Below are positions 24,801-37,800 of a stretch of DNA of 64,000 bases, piece by piece. The stretch spans positions 186,001 through 250,000 of the forward strand of contig OZ237748.1 of NCBI GenBank assembly GCA_965178125.1. The letters are read 5' to 3'. The translations under genes and the position numbers were made by a program. This DNA comes from Bilabrum cf. latius. Its lineage: Eukaryota. Below the pieces are notes generated by a model. The model made no database searches and had not been told where the DNA came from. It saw nothing but the letters and a program-made list of their open reading frames with translations. Numbering within the stretch: the first letter of the stretch is position 1; each line of letters opens with the position of its first letter.

Positions 24801-27800
24801 TCTCGAAGCGGCGTCGGGCAGTGCAGATTTCGGCTGGAAAAGATCACACATGCGCGCTGTTGAAGGGTGGAGACGTCATGTGCTGGGGTTCGAACAGTCG
24901 TGGTCAGCTGGGATGCGGGAACGATACTGGTCCTCAATGCAGGTATGGTCGCTACTTCGATGGCGTGAGCAGCCCTTCGTTCCTGTCGGGTCCTGTGAAT
25001 ATGACGGACCAGTCGACCTCGAAGACACTTCATGCAGTGTAGATTTCGGCTGGTGCAGATCACACATGCGCGTTGCTGGACGGCGGTGACGTCATGTGCT
25101 GGGGCTCGAATTCGAACGGTCAGCTTGGATGCGGGAACGATACTGGTTCTCACTGCATGTACGCGAATTAGGACGATGGCGTGTGCAGCCCCTCGTTCCT
25201 TCCGGGCCCCGTGAATATTACGGACCATTCCACCTCGAAGCGGCGTCGGGCGGTGCAAATAGCTGCTGGCGTGGTCCACACATGCGCGTTGTTGGAGGGC
25301 GGGGACGTCATGTGCTGGGGTTCAAACCTGTACGGCCAGCTTGGATGCGGGGATAACGATGGCCCAAACTGCAGATATCAATGCGGTGATGTGACTAGTC
25401 CTGCGATCCTGTCGGGTCCTGTGAATATGACGGACCAATCGACCTTGAAGCAGCGTCAGGCAGTGCAGGTTACAGCTGGTTGTTTCCACACGTGCGTATT
25501 GCTACAAAGCGGGGACGTCATTTGCTGGGGCCTAAATAAATATGGCCAGCTTGGATGCGGTGAGTTTTCATACCATTGTTTCCCAGAAATTGGATCCCCA
25601 GCTAGTATAAATGCTGTCAGGATGAGGCCACTTGAACAAACAGCATCACTTAGGTGCCGTGGAGGGACCGGGTGCTTGTCTCCTTTGGGTTTATCCAGTG
25701 GACTCGATCAAATCGAGATTTTGAGCTCTAATGGGATTCCTGGAATCCGTGATCTCCCCAGTGCAAACGCATGGGGTGAAGCAGGCAGTATCGAGGGCGT
25801 GGATGTCGCCGGAGCCTAGCTACCAGGTGTCAAGCAGGCCATCCAGACCGAAGGAGGTTCGTGCCCAGTCCCATACGCCCCCTGGCCATCTTGGGAAGTT
25901 AGGAAGAGAACCAGCTGCTTCGTGGAGGCTTAGAGCCAGGTGTCCACAGTAGGAGATTGGCAGCTCCGCGTAATGGGTTCATGGGCCCCGTTTGTGTCGC
26001 TGATGATCGTACCCGTGGTTCGAGTTGGATCTTCTACACTGTCCGATTGCGTCATCGTGGATGCTGTCACGCTGCAATGCCAAGGCGTGGCTGGAATCGG
26101 GGTCAATCAGAGCGTTTGGATCGAGTCGATGGACTGGCACTTGCCTGGTATCATGAACGCCTCCCGATTTGCTGGAAACATTTCCTATGCCCCGCCTGTG
26201 GTTCGCGCCGTGCGTGGAAGCCAATTCCGGCCAGGACAAGATGTTACCATCCTGGGTTTCGGATTTGGTGGAAGCAGGTTCAAAGCCAACGTCTCGGTCA
26301 CGATTGGGAACTCTGGCGATCCCTGCAAAGTGATCGATGTCGCGGATGATGGCACTTTGAGCTGTAGCTTGCCGTTTATCTACCAGCGAGGCCTTGGAGT
26401 GGTGGTCAGCGTGGGGAACCAGCAGTCCAAGGGCGATGTCACCATTAATATGCCACCGCCAGCCATAGTGGGTGCAAATGTGTCCGTTCCTGACCTCCCC
26501 CAACCGAGTGGAAGATGCGAAGCTGTGCAGGGACAGAAAATTCAGGCCATCATCGATGGATCCGGGTTCTCTCCTGTCCTCCTGGCTAATGTGACGATTG
26601 GCGGTCAGATTGCCTCAGAGTGCAACGTCACTTCCAACGACGGCACCAGTATCGAATGCGCCGTCACGATGCCGTGCGTATGGCGAGAGCCAAAGGTGAC
26701 AGTCGGGTACTTTGAGAGCCAATCCCGCGTGACCATCGGATCGGCTGCGTTTGACGGCGTGCAGCTCCCCGTGCCCAAGAAGCTGCCACTCATCCGTCCG
26801 ATCTCTGCGACGGCCTATCGACCCGCCGATGATACCCATGGGGTGGAGGTGTTCGTGCTTTCGCTTTCCCAGGAGTTCGAAACGAAGCTGCTTGGACTGC
26901 TGGGGCCTGACTACGGCGCAGCTGGTTCGGCGCCTGACAAATTCGAGGTCGTGGTGGAGGAGAGCGACCGGAGCGGCACAGTCGTTGCCACTCCAACGTT
27001 TGACAGGTAGACCTCCCGTGTGACCCTTGGATCCTGGAACTCATCCCTGGCCGATTTAGGTCTTGATCACGGCTTGCATCGGCTTGGCATTCGCGATGCT
27101 GGCTTGCGACAGCAGGTCGATCTCGTGCTGCACGATGCAAGCATAGGGGTGCAGCTCCAGATCGACCGATTCCGCGTAGATCTGGGTCAGAGTGTCCCTA
27201 CCTCTTTAGGTGTGACGATCAATGCCATGGGAGACTCAATGCGTGGACCTGCCAACACCAGTTTCACCATCCCTCACCCAGTTCGTTAGCTCTGCCAAGA
27301 GGGCGGCATGTTCGAGGAGTCCACTGGCACCTGCGTGTCGTGCCCGGAAGGTGCACTGTGCTGCGGACTATCGGCATCTGCAGTGCCTCCGCTTGAAAAA
27401 TGGTGGAAGCTGCCAGAGAGCTGGACGAGCAGCAGCAACAGCACCAACGTGGCATTCGCAAAGTGCCTCGAAGAGACAGAGGAGCTGTGTGGAGGATACG
27501 AGGAGGGTGCTTGCCACTCGCTGCCAGCGGAGCCTGTGCCTCTGCTGGGATTTCCAGCGCGATACCTTGATGACGCTCTCAAGTCAGAGTGGGAGAAACG
27601 GTGGAACGCCTCCCATCCTCTTTAGGTTAGAGTCCGCGATCCCCTCTAGCATGAATGCGAAGAGAACAGTGCCGGCGTCCTATGCTCATCATGCATAGAG
27701 GGCATGCGACCGTCGTCGGAAAGCGGCTGCAGGAAATGCGACGACCAGCTAGTGCTCCGAGAGGCTCTCATTTTGGCTGGTTTTGCACTGGTCAATGCCC

Positions 27801-29863
27801 TCGCAGTGTGGCTGGTACTGGTCATGAACGATCGGTAGAGTCAAGCCGTGGCCACGCGAGTCCTCAGGGGCGAACATCATGAGGCACATCACAGGCCGAC
27901 CAAGTCATTCCAGCACGTTGAGGAACTCGAGGTGCTGAACATCCTGATTTCACATGCGCAGTTCATCGCCATCATAGGCGCGATCGGGCTGCCTCCAGGC
28001 GTGGAAAAAGCTTTGAAGAAAGCTTTCGGTGTTGCTGCCTAGGTGTACAACCTTGGTCAGCAGTACGCCTTTCCTCACTGCATCATCGACTCGATGGGTG
28101 GGCACGAGTCAGATTCCAACAGCAACGGAACCGAGTCCCACAGTGTAGGAAGCGAGGCCCAAGATGGACAGCACCTCGAAGAGTCGGCTTTGAACTCGGA
28201 GCCGTTCACTCTGCTGGTAGCGAACGTTGCGGTCATACTGGCGCTGCATGGACTGGCGTGCATCTACTGGTGGGCGAAAGACACCTGTCGGTGGTGCCAA
28301 TCGTGTGACGAGTGGTGCGACAACGAGCGGCTGGCTTGGGGCTTGAGAGTTCTCTCCGCGGCCGCGTCGACCGTGCGAGAAGGTGAGCACGTCGTACACG
28401 CCGAGTCCCATGACCATGATCATCATCCGGCCCATGTGCCGACCCATGTTCAGCCGTTCGACGGTATCCAGCTGCCCCAGGAGCCGGCAGAACTCCCCGA
28501 GTTCCACCCCACCTTGTCCGGACGCATGGTCATGACTTTCAACGTCGTCATGGTGCTGCTGCACGCCTTCACGACCGAGCTGGCAATGGGCCTGTTGATA
28601 CAGAGGCACATCGGCGGCGCTGATTGCGAAGATGACATATGCAATCGCCTTGCAGAAGATCTGGACGTTGCGTGGAGTGGACAGAACAAGCAAGCTCTAC
28701 TTGGCTTGGGCGTGTCGGTTCTCGTGATTGCGTCCTTCGGCGTTCCACTGGCCTTCCTCGGTATGATGCTCTTGGATGACTCGAGCACGCCCGAAGGGGC
28801 GTATAGGCTGACCAGCCTGCTACAAGCGTTTCGACCTGGCCGCAAGTGGTGGTTGGTTGTGGAGATGATGGCCAAAGCCGTGCTCATCGTCCTCGCTGGC
28901 CTGGCCGAGTACTATGGCGAGAACCTCCAGCTGGTGGTCTACTTGTTCGTCATTGGCGGGCTTGTGTTCGCTCAGCTGGCTCTTCTTCCTCATTGGGAGT
29001 ACGCAGCTGATGTGCTTAGCATGGCATCGAAAGTGGTGATATTCACCTCCCTTGCACTTATCATAGCGGCGTACACGGTGGAGTTCGAAGTCGAGATCGG
29101 GCATGAAGCCAACCATGGCTCGGGTGGCTTCAAAGCGGCTCTTCAGGTGATCGTCGTCATCATTAATGCGGTCTACAGCGCTGTAATGCTCTGGCTCATG
29201 CTGCATCGTCCTGTCGGCACGTTCCTCGCCCGCTGCAGATCGCTGTGCTTCAGAAGGCAGCCGATCGCTTCCCGCCATGCCCAAGTCGGAGACCATGCAG
29301 CTAGTAGAGCTCTCAGAATCACTCGGGCCGAGTACTACGGTACTGTCGCGCGGACAAGCAGCGCAGCGAGCATTGACGTTCGCAGCCACGACGCTCTGCT
29401 TGGTCACGAGGACAACAATCTGACAAATATCGGCTTCGTGGCAGATACGGATGGCAATGCTCGGGACCGGGAGCGGAGACGATACTCGACTAGCCCGGGC
29501 CAGGAGGCCTCGGAGCTGCCGATGGGACCAGTCGGGACACTGGAGACCAGGGGCTTTCATGGCCGCCGCAATGGCTTGGCCGACCCGTCTCGAGACGCGC
29601 AAGTGGCAAAAGACAGGCGTGTGGAGAAGGGTGTATTGGCGGCCACCGTAGTTCTAGCAGATGGTGGCCAGCAGCAAGCAGCAGGCGAATCCAAATGGGA
29701 GCCACTGCTGACTGGTGCATGCGCGCAGCCACAAGGTACTACCGTTGCAACAGGTGCATTCAGTGGCCAGATTGAAAGCACCTTCGATAGCATGCGAGGC
29801 GAAGGAGTAGGAGCTTTCCAAGCTGGAGGCGCCGCCGCATCAGCCGATCCGCCTAGAAAATAA
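21878..29863 (+). CDS. ~2660-aa receptor-like membrane protein: signal peptide, ~14 RCC1-like repeats, IPT/TIG-like domains, Cys-rich linker, multi-pass TM domain; 24 in-frame TAG
   Basis: Thirteen listed ORF fragments between 21938 and 28043 share one frame. Hand translation of the gaps found only TAG, never TAA/TGA, until TAA 29861. RCC1 motif [23 protein letters not shown] in 216-nt units; [12 protein letters not shown] and [13 protein letters not shown] motifs precede several hydrophobic helices. Confidence 0.9.
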
Positions 29864-30320
29864 GCGCTGCAGCAACGGATGATCCGATGCGGCACTCTGC
29901 AAAAGGTATTCGTCGTGAGGCGACGAGAGGGTTACCTATGCAGGAAGAGGTATGGCTCGAACTCAGTGCAGTAGCACGCTGGTTGGCAAACGGGCAGTCT
30001 ACACAATATCAACTTGACACCAGTCTATAGCCTATGAATGGTCCTGCGTTGATGACTAGTTGAAATTTGCTGCTTTGAATGAAAGAAGCTTGACTCAGAA
30101 TTTAGCCAACTTCTTCAAAGCTACACCATACTAATGATAATAAATTGAAGTCTGCACTGCCAACTTGAAACGGCTCAGCTACAGCACCAAGATCGGTTGC
30201 CTTTCTTAGACTCTATCCATGAGGATCCATCCGGATCAAAACGGGCAAATAGTTTAAAGTTGTAAGTTTCGTAAACAATAATCAAGAGTCCCAGCCTCAC
30301 TGTCCTCACCTGCCCCTCCA

Positions 30321-33300
30321 TCAGCTCAATCCACCACCTCCATGAACCGCCCTCCGGAACATCACTAGCCTCTCTCTCCTCGACTGGCAGTTTTGAAGGT
30401 CCAAGCACTGCCACTGCCTGATATACTAGGGCAACACATTATGTTCTGCACAGATGCACGCAGACTTTCTCAGCATGTCGTACGTGCCTGAAACCTGCAG
30501 CGCATTGTGCAGCATCCGCTTCATCTGAGCCATATTTGCTGCAGGTTCGTCCTATTGCCCAGGTTGCCTAGCGTTTCCTTGCAGTGTTGCAACGATGCCA
30601 TCTATAGGGTCATCGTGCACCGAGCGACACGACACGAGTACCCGTACGAAGTGCCTAAGGTGTGAAGCGATCATGCAGAGGATCGACTCGCACTCAAAAA
30701 ACGTGATAGGATCGCCCCATTCGCCATCGTAGTCCGGATGCAAGGCCCTGATCGTTGTACCCTGCACGACCCGGCGGGTATAAATCGCAACGCACACTGC
30801 CAGCGCGCTCATGTGTGTGTAGCTTTCGGAATAGAGCTGGAACTCTTCCGCCCTAGGATTGAGAAAGTTGGGCAGCCCTATAAGCGAGTGAATCATTCTG
30901 GTGGCGCGTTCGGGCTGAAGGTTCTTCACTTCACCCCTTAACCAGGCCGTCATCGTGTGGTATTGCATGGCCCACAAAGGGACACTGGTTGCTACCTGCC
31001 AGAAGTAGCCCACGCTGCAGCATGCTGGAAATCTTCCCTGCCGCCATTCCGCATTGAGTTCGGGCCTACAAATCCATGCAGACACACTCATGTAACTCTG
31101 AGGCTGCGATACTGCAGGGCTAGCCTATCCGACTGCCTAGAGCTCCATGCCAGATGCAGCTTCAGGTGCCCCTGCCCCTGCCCCTGCCCCTGCACCTGCA
31201 CCTGCCCCTGCACCTGCCCCTGCCCCTGCACCTGCCCCTGGTCCTGCACCTGCCCCTGGTCCTGCCCCGCTTGCAGTCTTCTTCTTTTGCCTTCGACCCC
31301 TTCGCCTGCTACTCTTGGCTCCAAATGCCGACACAACTGAGGAAGCCACCGCCACGCTTGGATTCGGAGCGCAAGGGATTGCGTTCATGTTTCCCTTGCG
31401 CACGTTCTCCTTGACTAGTTTGAATTTCCGGGTCACTGCTTCTAGCCACGGCAGCAGGATGGGTTTTAGGTACTAATTATCCTGGTGGATATGCCCTCCA
31501 TCGCAGAAACAAAGCATCTCGATGTGCCTTGACATCATTTGTGCAATCTAGATCAGGTTCCTTGGAATGCGGTAGCTGCCCGACAAAATACGGTCTTCGG
31601 CATCACATATTGCACTGGATCCAATGATTACACCAATCTAGCCTAGGTATGTTACTGCTCCTATTCCATCTGCTAGCACATCAATGGCCTGTCTCACAAA
31701 ACCGGAAGCCTTTCCTGGTTTCGATGGGGAGACGTGCATCCGTGCAGAAACGAGCAGTGGGTGCGACACGAGTGCATGCGCCAAGTGAGGTAGGGTTGCA
31801 AGGCTGCTCGGCTTGCGGCTGCAGCCCTTGTACAGCCTGAAATCAAGACGACTGATGTTCCGTATCGAACGATTCCCACTGATGCCATTGGCCACCTGTC
31901 GGACCACGCCGGGCAGCTCTTTGTCTGACACGCTCTGCAGGCCAATTTCAAGAGAGCGAATCGACAGAGACCGCTGAAGACTTCTTCCAATCTCTTGCAT
32001 ATGTTTCTGAGTCTACGGGCACATCCCAAGTTTCTCCAAGTGCTTTGACACTGCAGCACCACTTGCAATGTGCTTGTTCGCCTCGTTAATCTGATCCTGC
32101 TACTCTTTCGACAAAGCCAAGAATGGGACCTCCGGATCCATGCACATGTACGCATCCTCTCTGCACAACGCACCAGGAGTCACGTCTACGCCTGACATGG
32201 CAGCACTGGGACGTGCCTGCGATGGATCCATCACGTTGCACTGCAAGACCTGGAGAACAGAACCGAGCATCAACTCAAAACCAATCGCAGTGCCAATGAC
32301 GGGATGGCACGGTGAGTGGATAACAAGCTCCCTCAGTGAATACCTCCCGCGAGTATGACGCAGTAATCGGCCGATCGCCTCGGCGCAATCACGCCCTACG
32401 TAGCAGCCGCTGCGACTTGTTGCCCCCTCAGACCAGTGGATAGTCAATCGACGGATGCACTGGCTACATGACAGGCCTACCAGCATCTTCTTGAGCCCAT
32501 CTGAAGCGACTGATAGTGTGGCGCCGCTAGCCCTACACTTCGAAAGAGCCAGAGCAAGAGGGTCAATGGTCCCCGTGCGTAAGTCCACGATGTAACTGAA
32601 TGCTTGCTCTCCTTCCAAAACGTCTGTGGGTTCGTTCTGTGGTGTTGGCCCCGGGTTACTGGCGGCCGAAATAGGGACCTAGGTACCCAGCCCTCCATCT
32701 TGAGGGCCCTGATGACCTGCTGGTGCTGCTGCTGACTCTGCCGCTGCGAAAGTCGCATGTCCTGCTGCAGCGTCTGTCGCATTCCTTGGTCTAGCGAACG
32801 ATTCTACTCCGGAAGCCCCTTCTTCAGAGTCGCCTGCCCCCGACGCAGCATGCTGTGGATGGGCTGATGGATGTGAGGGTCCCGCTGGAAGTCTAGGCGA
32901 TTCGCCTGCGACAGTGCCTGCATCAGCCCAACTGACTGGATGCATCGAATCAGCGGGTATGCCGGCCTCCTGTATATATGCATCCAGTAGCTCTAGGTCA
33001 ATGCTACCGCCCTCCCGAACAGATGTGACGAGTGCGGCGACTAGTGTTCGGCTCCGTGAGCCTGCCGTTGAGCCATGCAGTCGAAGCTTGTCAAGCCGAT
33101 GCAACGCACTACCAGTACCAACGCTGAGCTCCGGCACTGGTCCTATGTACTTGAGCTCTTTCAGTCCACACTGGCAGGCAGGCGAGTCCATTATGGTACG
33201 GAGGAAATGGGCCGCTGCCACGTCGTCTTCGGCACACACCTCTACTTTGGTCACGCGAGGCAGCTGTATCACGCGTTGAAACGACTTGACAAATGATTCT

Positions 33301-33764
33301 ATTGCACCCGCATGCCCCAGCGGAAACCTTGGTAGGGCGATGCCAACGCTTGATAACTGCGAGCAGCACGATGCCACGCGGCTCATGACCAGGCCAGCCT
33401 CAGACACTTGCCGAAGCTCAAATCTGAATTGTATGGTTTTGAGGCAGTGGCATAGTTTAATCACGGGGAGCAGCTGAAGCATGTGTCCTCCCTGGAATTC
33501 GGCAGCAAATGTGATTCCTCGAATGATTGCCGGTTCTTGCGACAGTAAGTCCCCACAAATGCAAGCGCAAGACTTGCCAAAGAATCCCATTAGATCAATC
33601 GATAATCCAGTATCCCCAGTTTCGTCTTCATAGTATTTGAAGACAGCTTGTGCCTCAGCAGAAAACCGAACCGTGCAAGGGATCCTCTGCAACCCCTGCT
33701 CTTTGGCCATTTCAAACGATCTTTCGATCCCATGCTGTTGAATCTCGATAGAAGGAAGATCCAT
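30321..33764 (-). CDS. ~1150-aa protein with degenerate LRR-like (LxxLxL) repeats, function unknown (paralog 1); 10 in-frame TAG
   Basis: ORFs ending at 32679, 32100, 31638, 31137 and 30552 share one frame and are joined only by TAG; TGA at 30321-30323. Colinear from the first Met with the paralog at 34788-38979. Motifs LKELKY, LDKLRL, IRRLTI, LRELVI, IRSLEI. Confidence 0.8.
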
Positions 33765-34453
33765 TTCGTGTATCGAGATTGTGCTGGGTAATAGGAAAGG
33801 AAAGCGCCGGTGCGCCCGACTCGAGTCCTGCCGGTTGTAACCTCTCAAGAGGTCCTCTTGAAGAGGTTACAACCGGTAATTTGTAGCGGCTAAGACCAAT
33901 TTAGCAATCCCCAGATCTCTCGGCTCCTGGGGTTCAATTGCTACTCCTTGTCTGGTTTAATTGATCTAGGTAGTAGTTCTTACATATTAAGTCAGTGTAC
34001 ATCGATCCTTAATATTTGCCAGTACTGCCCTCGCACGCACACTTGCAACTTGTCCATCGATAATCTGATTGTTCGGGAGTAAGCCAAAAGCAAGCGGTAC
34101 ATGCTTTACTACACCACTATTTACCATGCTGCACTGTGGTGGCTCCTCAACATGAGATTCTCAGAATATGCAGCCAAAGTCACGTCGCAAAAACAGTACA
34201 GACAGCGATTTCACCGCCGCGGCTGGGAATATGCACAACATATTACCAACAATATAATACTTATATGCTTGGCTCGCGTTTGATTAACGATGGGGCGTCA
34301 CGGCATCTCTTCATCGCGCCCATCTCGCGCTAATGCGAGCATGCGCATCAGCTGCGCGGACGGCCGCCTTGGGTCGGCCACGAGGATCAGGGCAAGCGTC
34401 AGGAAATGACTCCAAGCTTCCACTACTCTTGATACCATACCCTCTGGCTCCAC

Positions 34454-34650
34454 GTCCTCCCCGGCCAGGTCATCGTCCTCCCCGGCCAGGTCATCGTCCT
34501 CCCCGGCCAGGTCATCGTCCTCCCCGGGCAGGTCATTGTCCTCCCCGGGCAGGTCATCGTCCTCCCCGGCCAGGTCATCGTCCTCCCCGGCCAGGTCATC
34601 GTCCTCCCCGGGCAGGTCATTGTCCTCCCCGGCCAGGTCATCGTCCTCCC
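34454..34650 (-). repeat. 21-bp tandem repeat (GEDDDLA), ~9 copies
   Basis: GGGGAGGACGATGACCTGGCC units on the - strand; the same repeat occurs at 55580-55722 on +. Confidence 0.95.
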
Positions 34651-34870
34651 CACCACCCCCATGCACCGCCCTCCGGAACATCACCAGCCTCTCTCTCCTC
34701 ACCTGCCCCTCCGTCAGCTTGATCCACCACCCCCATGCACCGCCCTCCGGAACATCACCAGCCTCTCTCTCCTCACCTGCCCCTCCGTCAGCTTGATCCA
34801 CCACCCCCATGCACCGTCCTCCGGAACATCACCAGCCTCTCTCTCCTCACCTGCCCCTCCATCAGCTCAA
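34651..34870. repeat. 74-bp tandem repeat, ~3 copies, duplicating the 3' end of paralog 2
   Basis: ATGCACCG(C/T)CCTCCGGAACATCACCAGCC... at 34661, 34735 and 34809. Confidence 0.9.
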
Positions 34871-37800
34871 TACATTTCCAGTGCTGCACAAACATAGGCA
34901 GGCAATCCAGCGCCTGGCACTACCTGGCCCTCCACCTAAAATCGTCAAACACGCCAAGCTCCCTCATGTCATCGTAAAGGAGCGATTGTACGACTTCCGT
35001 CTCCTCTGCCTCTGCTCTGCGCACTGTATTTTCGTCTTCGCCCTGCCCCCAGCGTTTCTGTGCCATAGGCCCACGGACCGGATCCAGCTTTACAGTACGC
35101 GATGAAAACTTTAGGAAGTGCCGAACGCATGCTAGAATAGAGCACACGAACTCCTGCGCCTCCTTCACCGTCGTTCCCTCCCCGTACGATGCAACTCTGT
35201 GCGAGGGTAGCAAGCACCGCTGCAGGACGGCCTCAATGGCGCGGCGGACGTACATCGCCACGCAAAGAATGAATTTCGGGTCGATCATTGGCATTCCCCC
35301 TTCTAGCAGCTGGCACATGTTCGGCACTGCGACGATCGTCTGCATCATCCGAGTGGCCCTCTTGGCAGTGGCGTGCTTCTCGTCGCTGCGGGTCCAGGCC
35401 GCCATCCTCCATTGCTGCTCGGCCCACACAGGGTGCTGATCGACCATGCGCGAGAACAAAATGCGGCTCAATCTCTCGGGGTACTTGCCCTGGCGCAGCA
35501 AACAAGGTCAGCGAAAGCGGGATACGATTGCGCCAACTCAGACGATTCGCCTGCGCCTGCCGCTGCGTCGCATGCAGCAGACCGGGGGGGTCCCTCCTCA
35601 GCCGCAGCACGCACCACGTTACATGAGGCAGACAGAGGGGGTCCCTCCTCAGCCGCAGCTCGCACCACACCCTCCAGGGCCATGGCTGCAGCTGACCAAC
35701 CAAGGTCTACATCGTTGGCTGCGTCAGGATCTTCCGAAACAGCATTGCTTGCAGTACCATGATCAGCTTCTTCTCCATCCTCTGCATCCGGATCTGCACC
35801 GGTATCAGCTGAACTGCCCACAGATTTCTTTGCCTGCCGCTTGCGCCCCCGCCTGCGCCTTTTTCTGCCCCTGGATCGAGAGCTGCTGGGACCAGCATGG
35901 AAGGTTCCTCCGGGCGAGCCGGACCCTTTCGCGGCTGCTTTGTTCGCTGCATGCATCTTTCTGGCCTTCTTGACTGCCTTGCCGACCATGTGTAGCCATG
36001 GGGCGATGACCGGCCGCAGCCCAGCCTGGTCCATGCCGCCCAACTCGAAGATACACAGCGTGTCGCTGCTGTCTGAAACCTGCCTGGCCATCCGAACCAC
36101 CTCGTCGGGAAGGTGATCGCTGCCCGCCAAGATCCGCTTCTCGCAGAGCTGAAGAGCAGTGGAAGCAACGGAGCCCCCCCCCGATCCCATATAGGTCCCG
36201 GGCCCGATGCCGGCGGACGTCAGCTCCACTGCCTCCCTCACATGGGGGTTTATCTTGCCCGGCAGCCCTGCAGGGACGGCGATTGGCGCCTGCACGATGA
36301 GCGGGTGACTGACGATTGCATTCACTAAATGTGGCAGTCTCGCCAGGCTCTCAGGGCCCCTGTCACGCCCCATGCATTTCGTTAGGGACATGCGACCTAG
36401 CATGCAAAGGGACCTGTTCTTCAATATACCATAGGCTAGCTTCATCATTGCCTTTGGAAGCTCCCGGTCGACTATGCTCTGCATGCCAACATCGAGCTGG
36501 TATATGGACACCGTGTTGTAGAGGCACACAGAGATGTCATCATCGCCTTTGGAAGCTCCCGGTCGACTATGCTCTGCATGCCAACATCGAGGTGGTATAT
36601 GGACACCGTGTTGTAGAGGCACACAGAGATGTCATCATCGCCTTTGGAAGCTCCCGGTCGACTATGCTCTGCATGCCAACATCGAGCTGGTATATGGACA
36701 CCGTGTTGTAGAGGCACACAGAGATGTCATCATCGCCTTTGGAAGCTCCCGGTCGACTATGCTCTGCATGCCAACATCGAGCTGGTATATGGACACCGTG
36801 TTGTAGAGGCACACAGAGATGTCATCATCGCCTTTGGAAGCTCCCGGTCGACTATGCTCTGCATGCCAACATCGAGCTGGTATATGGACACCGTGTTGTA
36901 GAGGCACACAGAGATGTCATCATCGCCTTTGGAAGCTCCCGGTCGACTATGCTCTGCATGCCAACATCGAGCTGGTATATGGACACCGTGTTGTAGAGGC
37001 ACACAGATATGTAGTCCATCTGGTTCCAGTCCTATGGACACAAGCCCAGCTGCTCCACGTGCTGCAACCTCAGAACGCCCCTGGCAATAGCAAGGTAGGC
37101 CTTCGAAATGTCACGCTGCTTGTCGTCCGGTAAGCTCCCGAACGGGACGGCCGGCTCCAGCTCGGAGAACAGCTGGCATTCGCACCAGTCCGGGGCCTGC
37201 GACTCGGCCATTACGTTGCAGGCCAGTGACGTCAGCGGCGCGCCGTCCTCCATTGCACTCCCGATCGCTGCGCCTACGTTCGGGTGGCATGGCGGATGGA
37301 TCGAGATCTCCCGAATGGACTTGCTTGGTGACCGCAGCAGCCGATCGATCGCATCGGCGCATGCCTCGCCCACGAACGGTCGGCTTTCCCTCCCTCTCTT
37401 TGTAGATTCCGTTTGGGTACGAAATGATGAGCTTTCGAATGAACGAGCTGCACGACGCGCCCAGCAGCAACGAGTCGAACCCGTCCGAAGCCGGCGACAG
37501 CTGCAAGGCCCCTGCTCTGCATCTAGCGAGCGCCAGTGCAAGGGGATCTACAGTCCCTGTGACTGTATCAATGAGAATGTTGATGCCATTTCCTGCAGGT
37601 TTCTCGGTGTAGGGAACTTCTTCGGCTTGGGTTCCAGCATCTATTTGCCCCTGAATTGACTCAGCTAGCCCTTGGTCCACTGCCAGCGACTCGGTCGGAT
37701 CGCGAGCTTGCAGTTGGCTTCCATCCAGTTGCGGTGAAACATCATCGACGAGATCTGCTGCACTGGAGCCTGCTCCCTGCTGCCCCACTGCACCTTGCGG

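Noticed and set aside
21878-33764. Interpreting TAG-interrupted genes as pseudogenes or RIP-like C-to-T decay
   Set aside because: Decay would also give TAA/TGA and frameshifts. Only TAG occurs over thousands of codons, including in RRP5.
37395-37420. 25-nt GT-AG micro-intron explaining the frameshift in paralog 2
   Set aside because: It would restore the frame but remove residues that align with paralog 1. Other introns here are over 140 nt, so a 1-nt indel or sequencing error is simpler.
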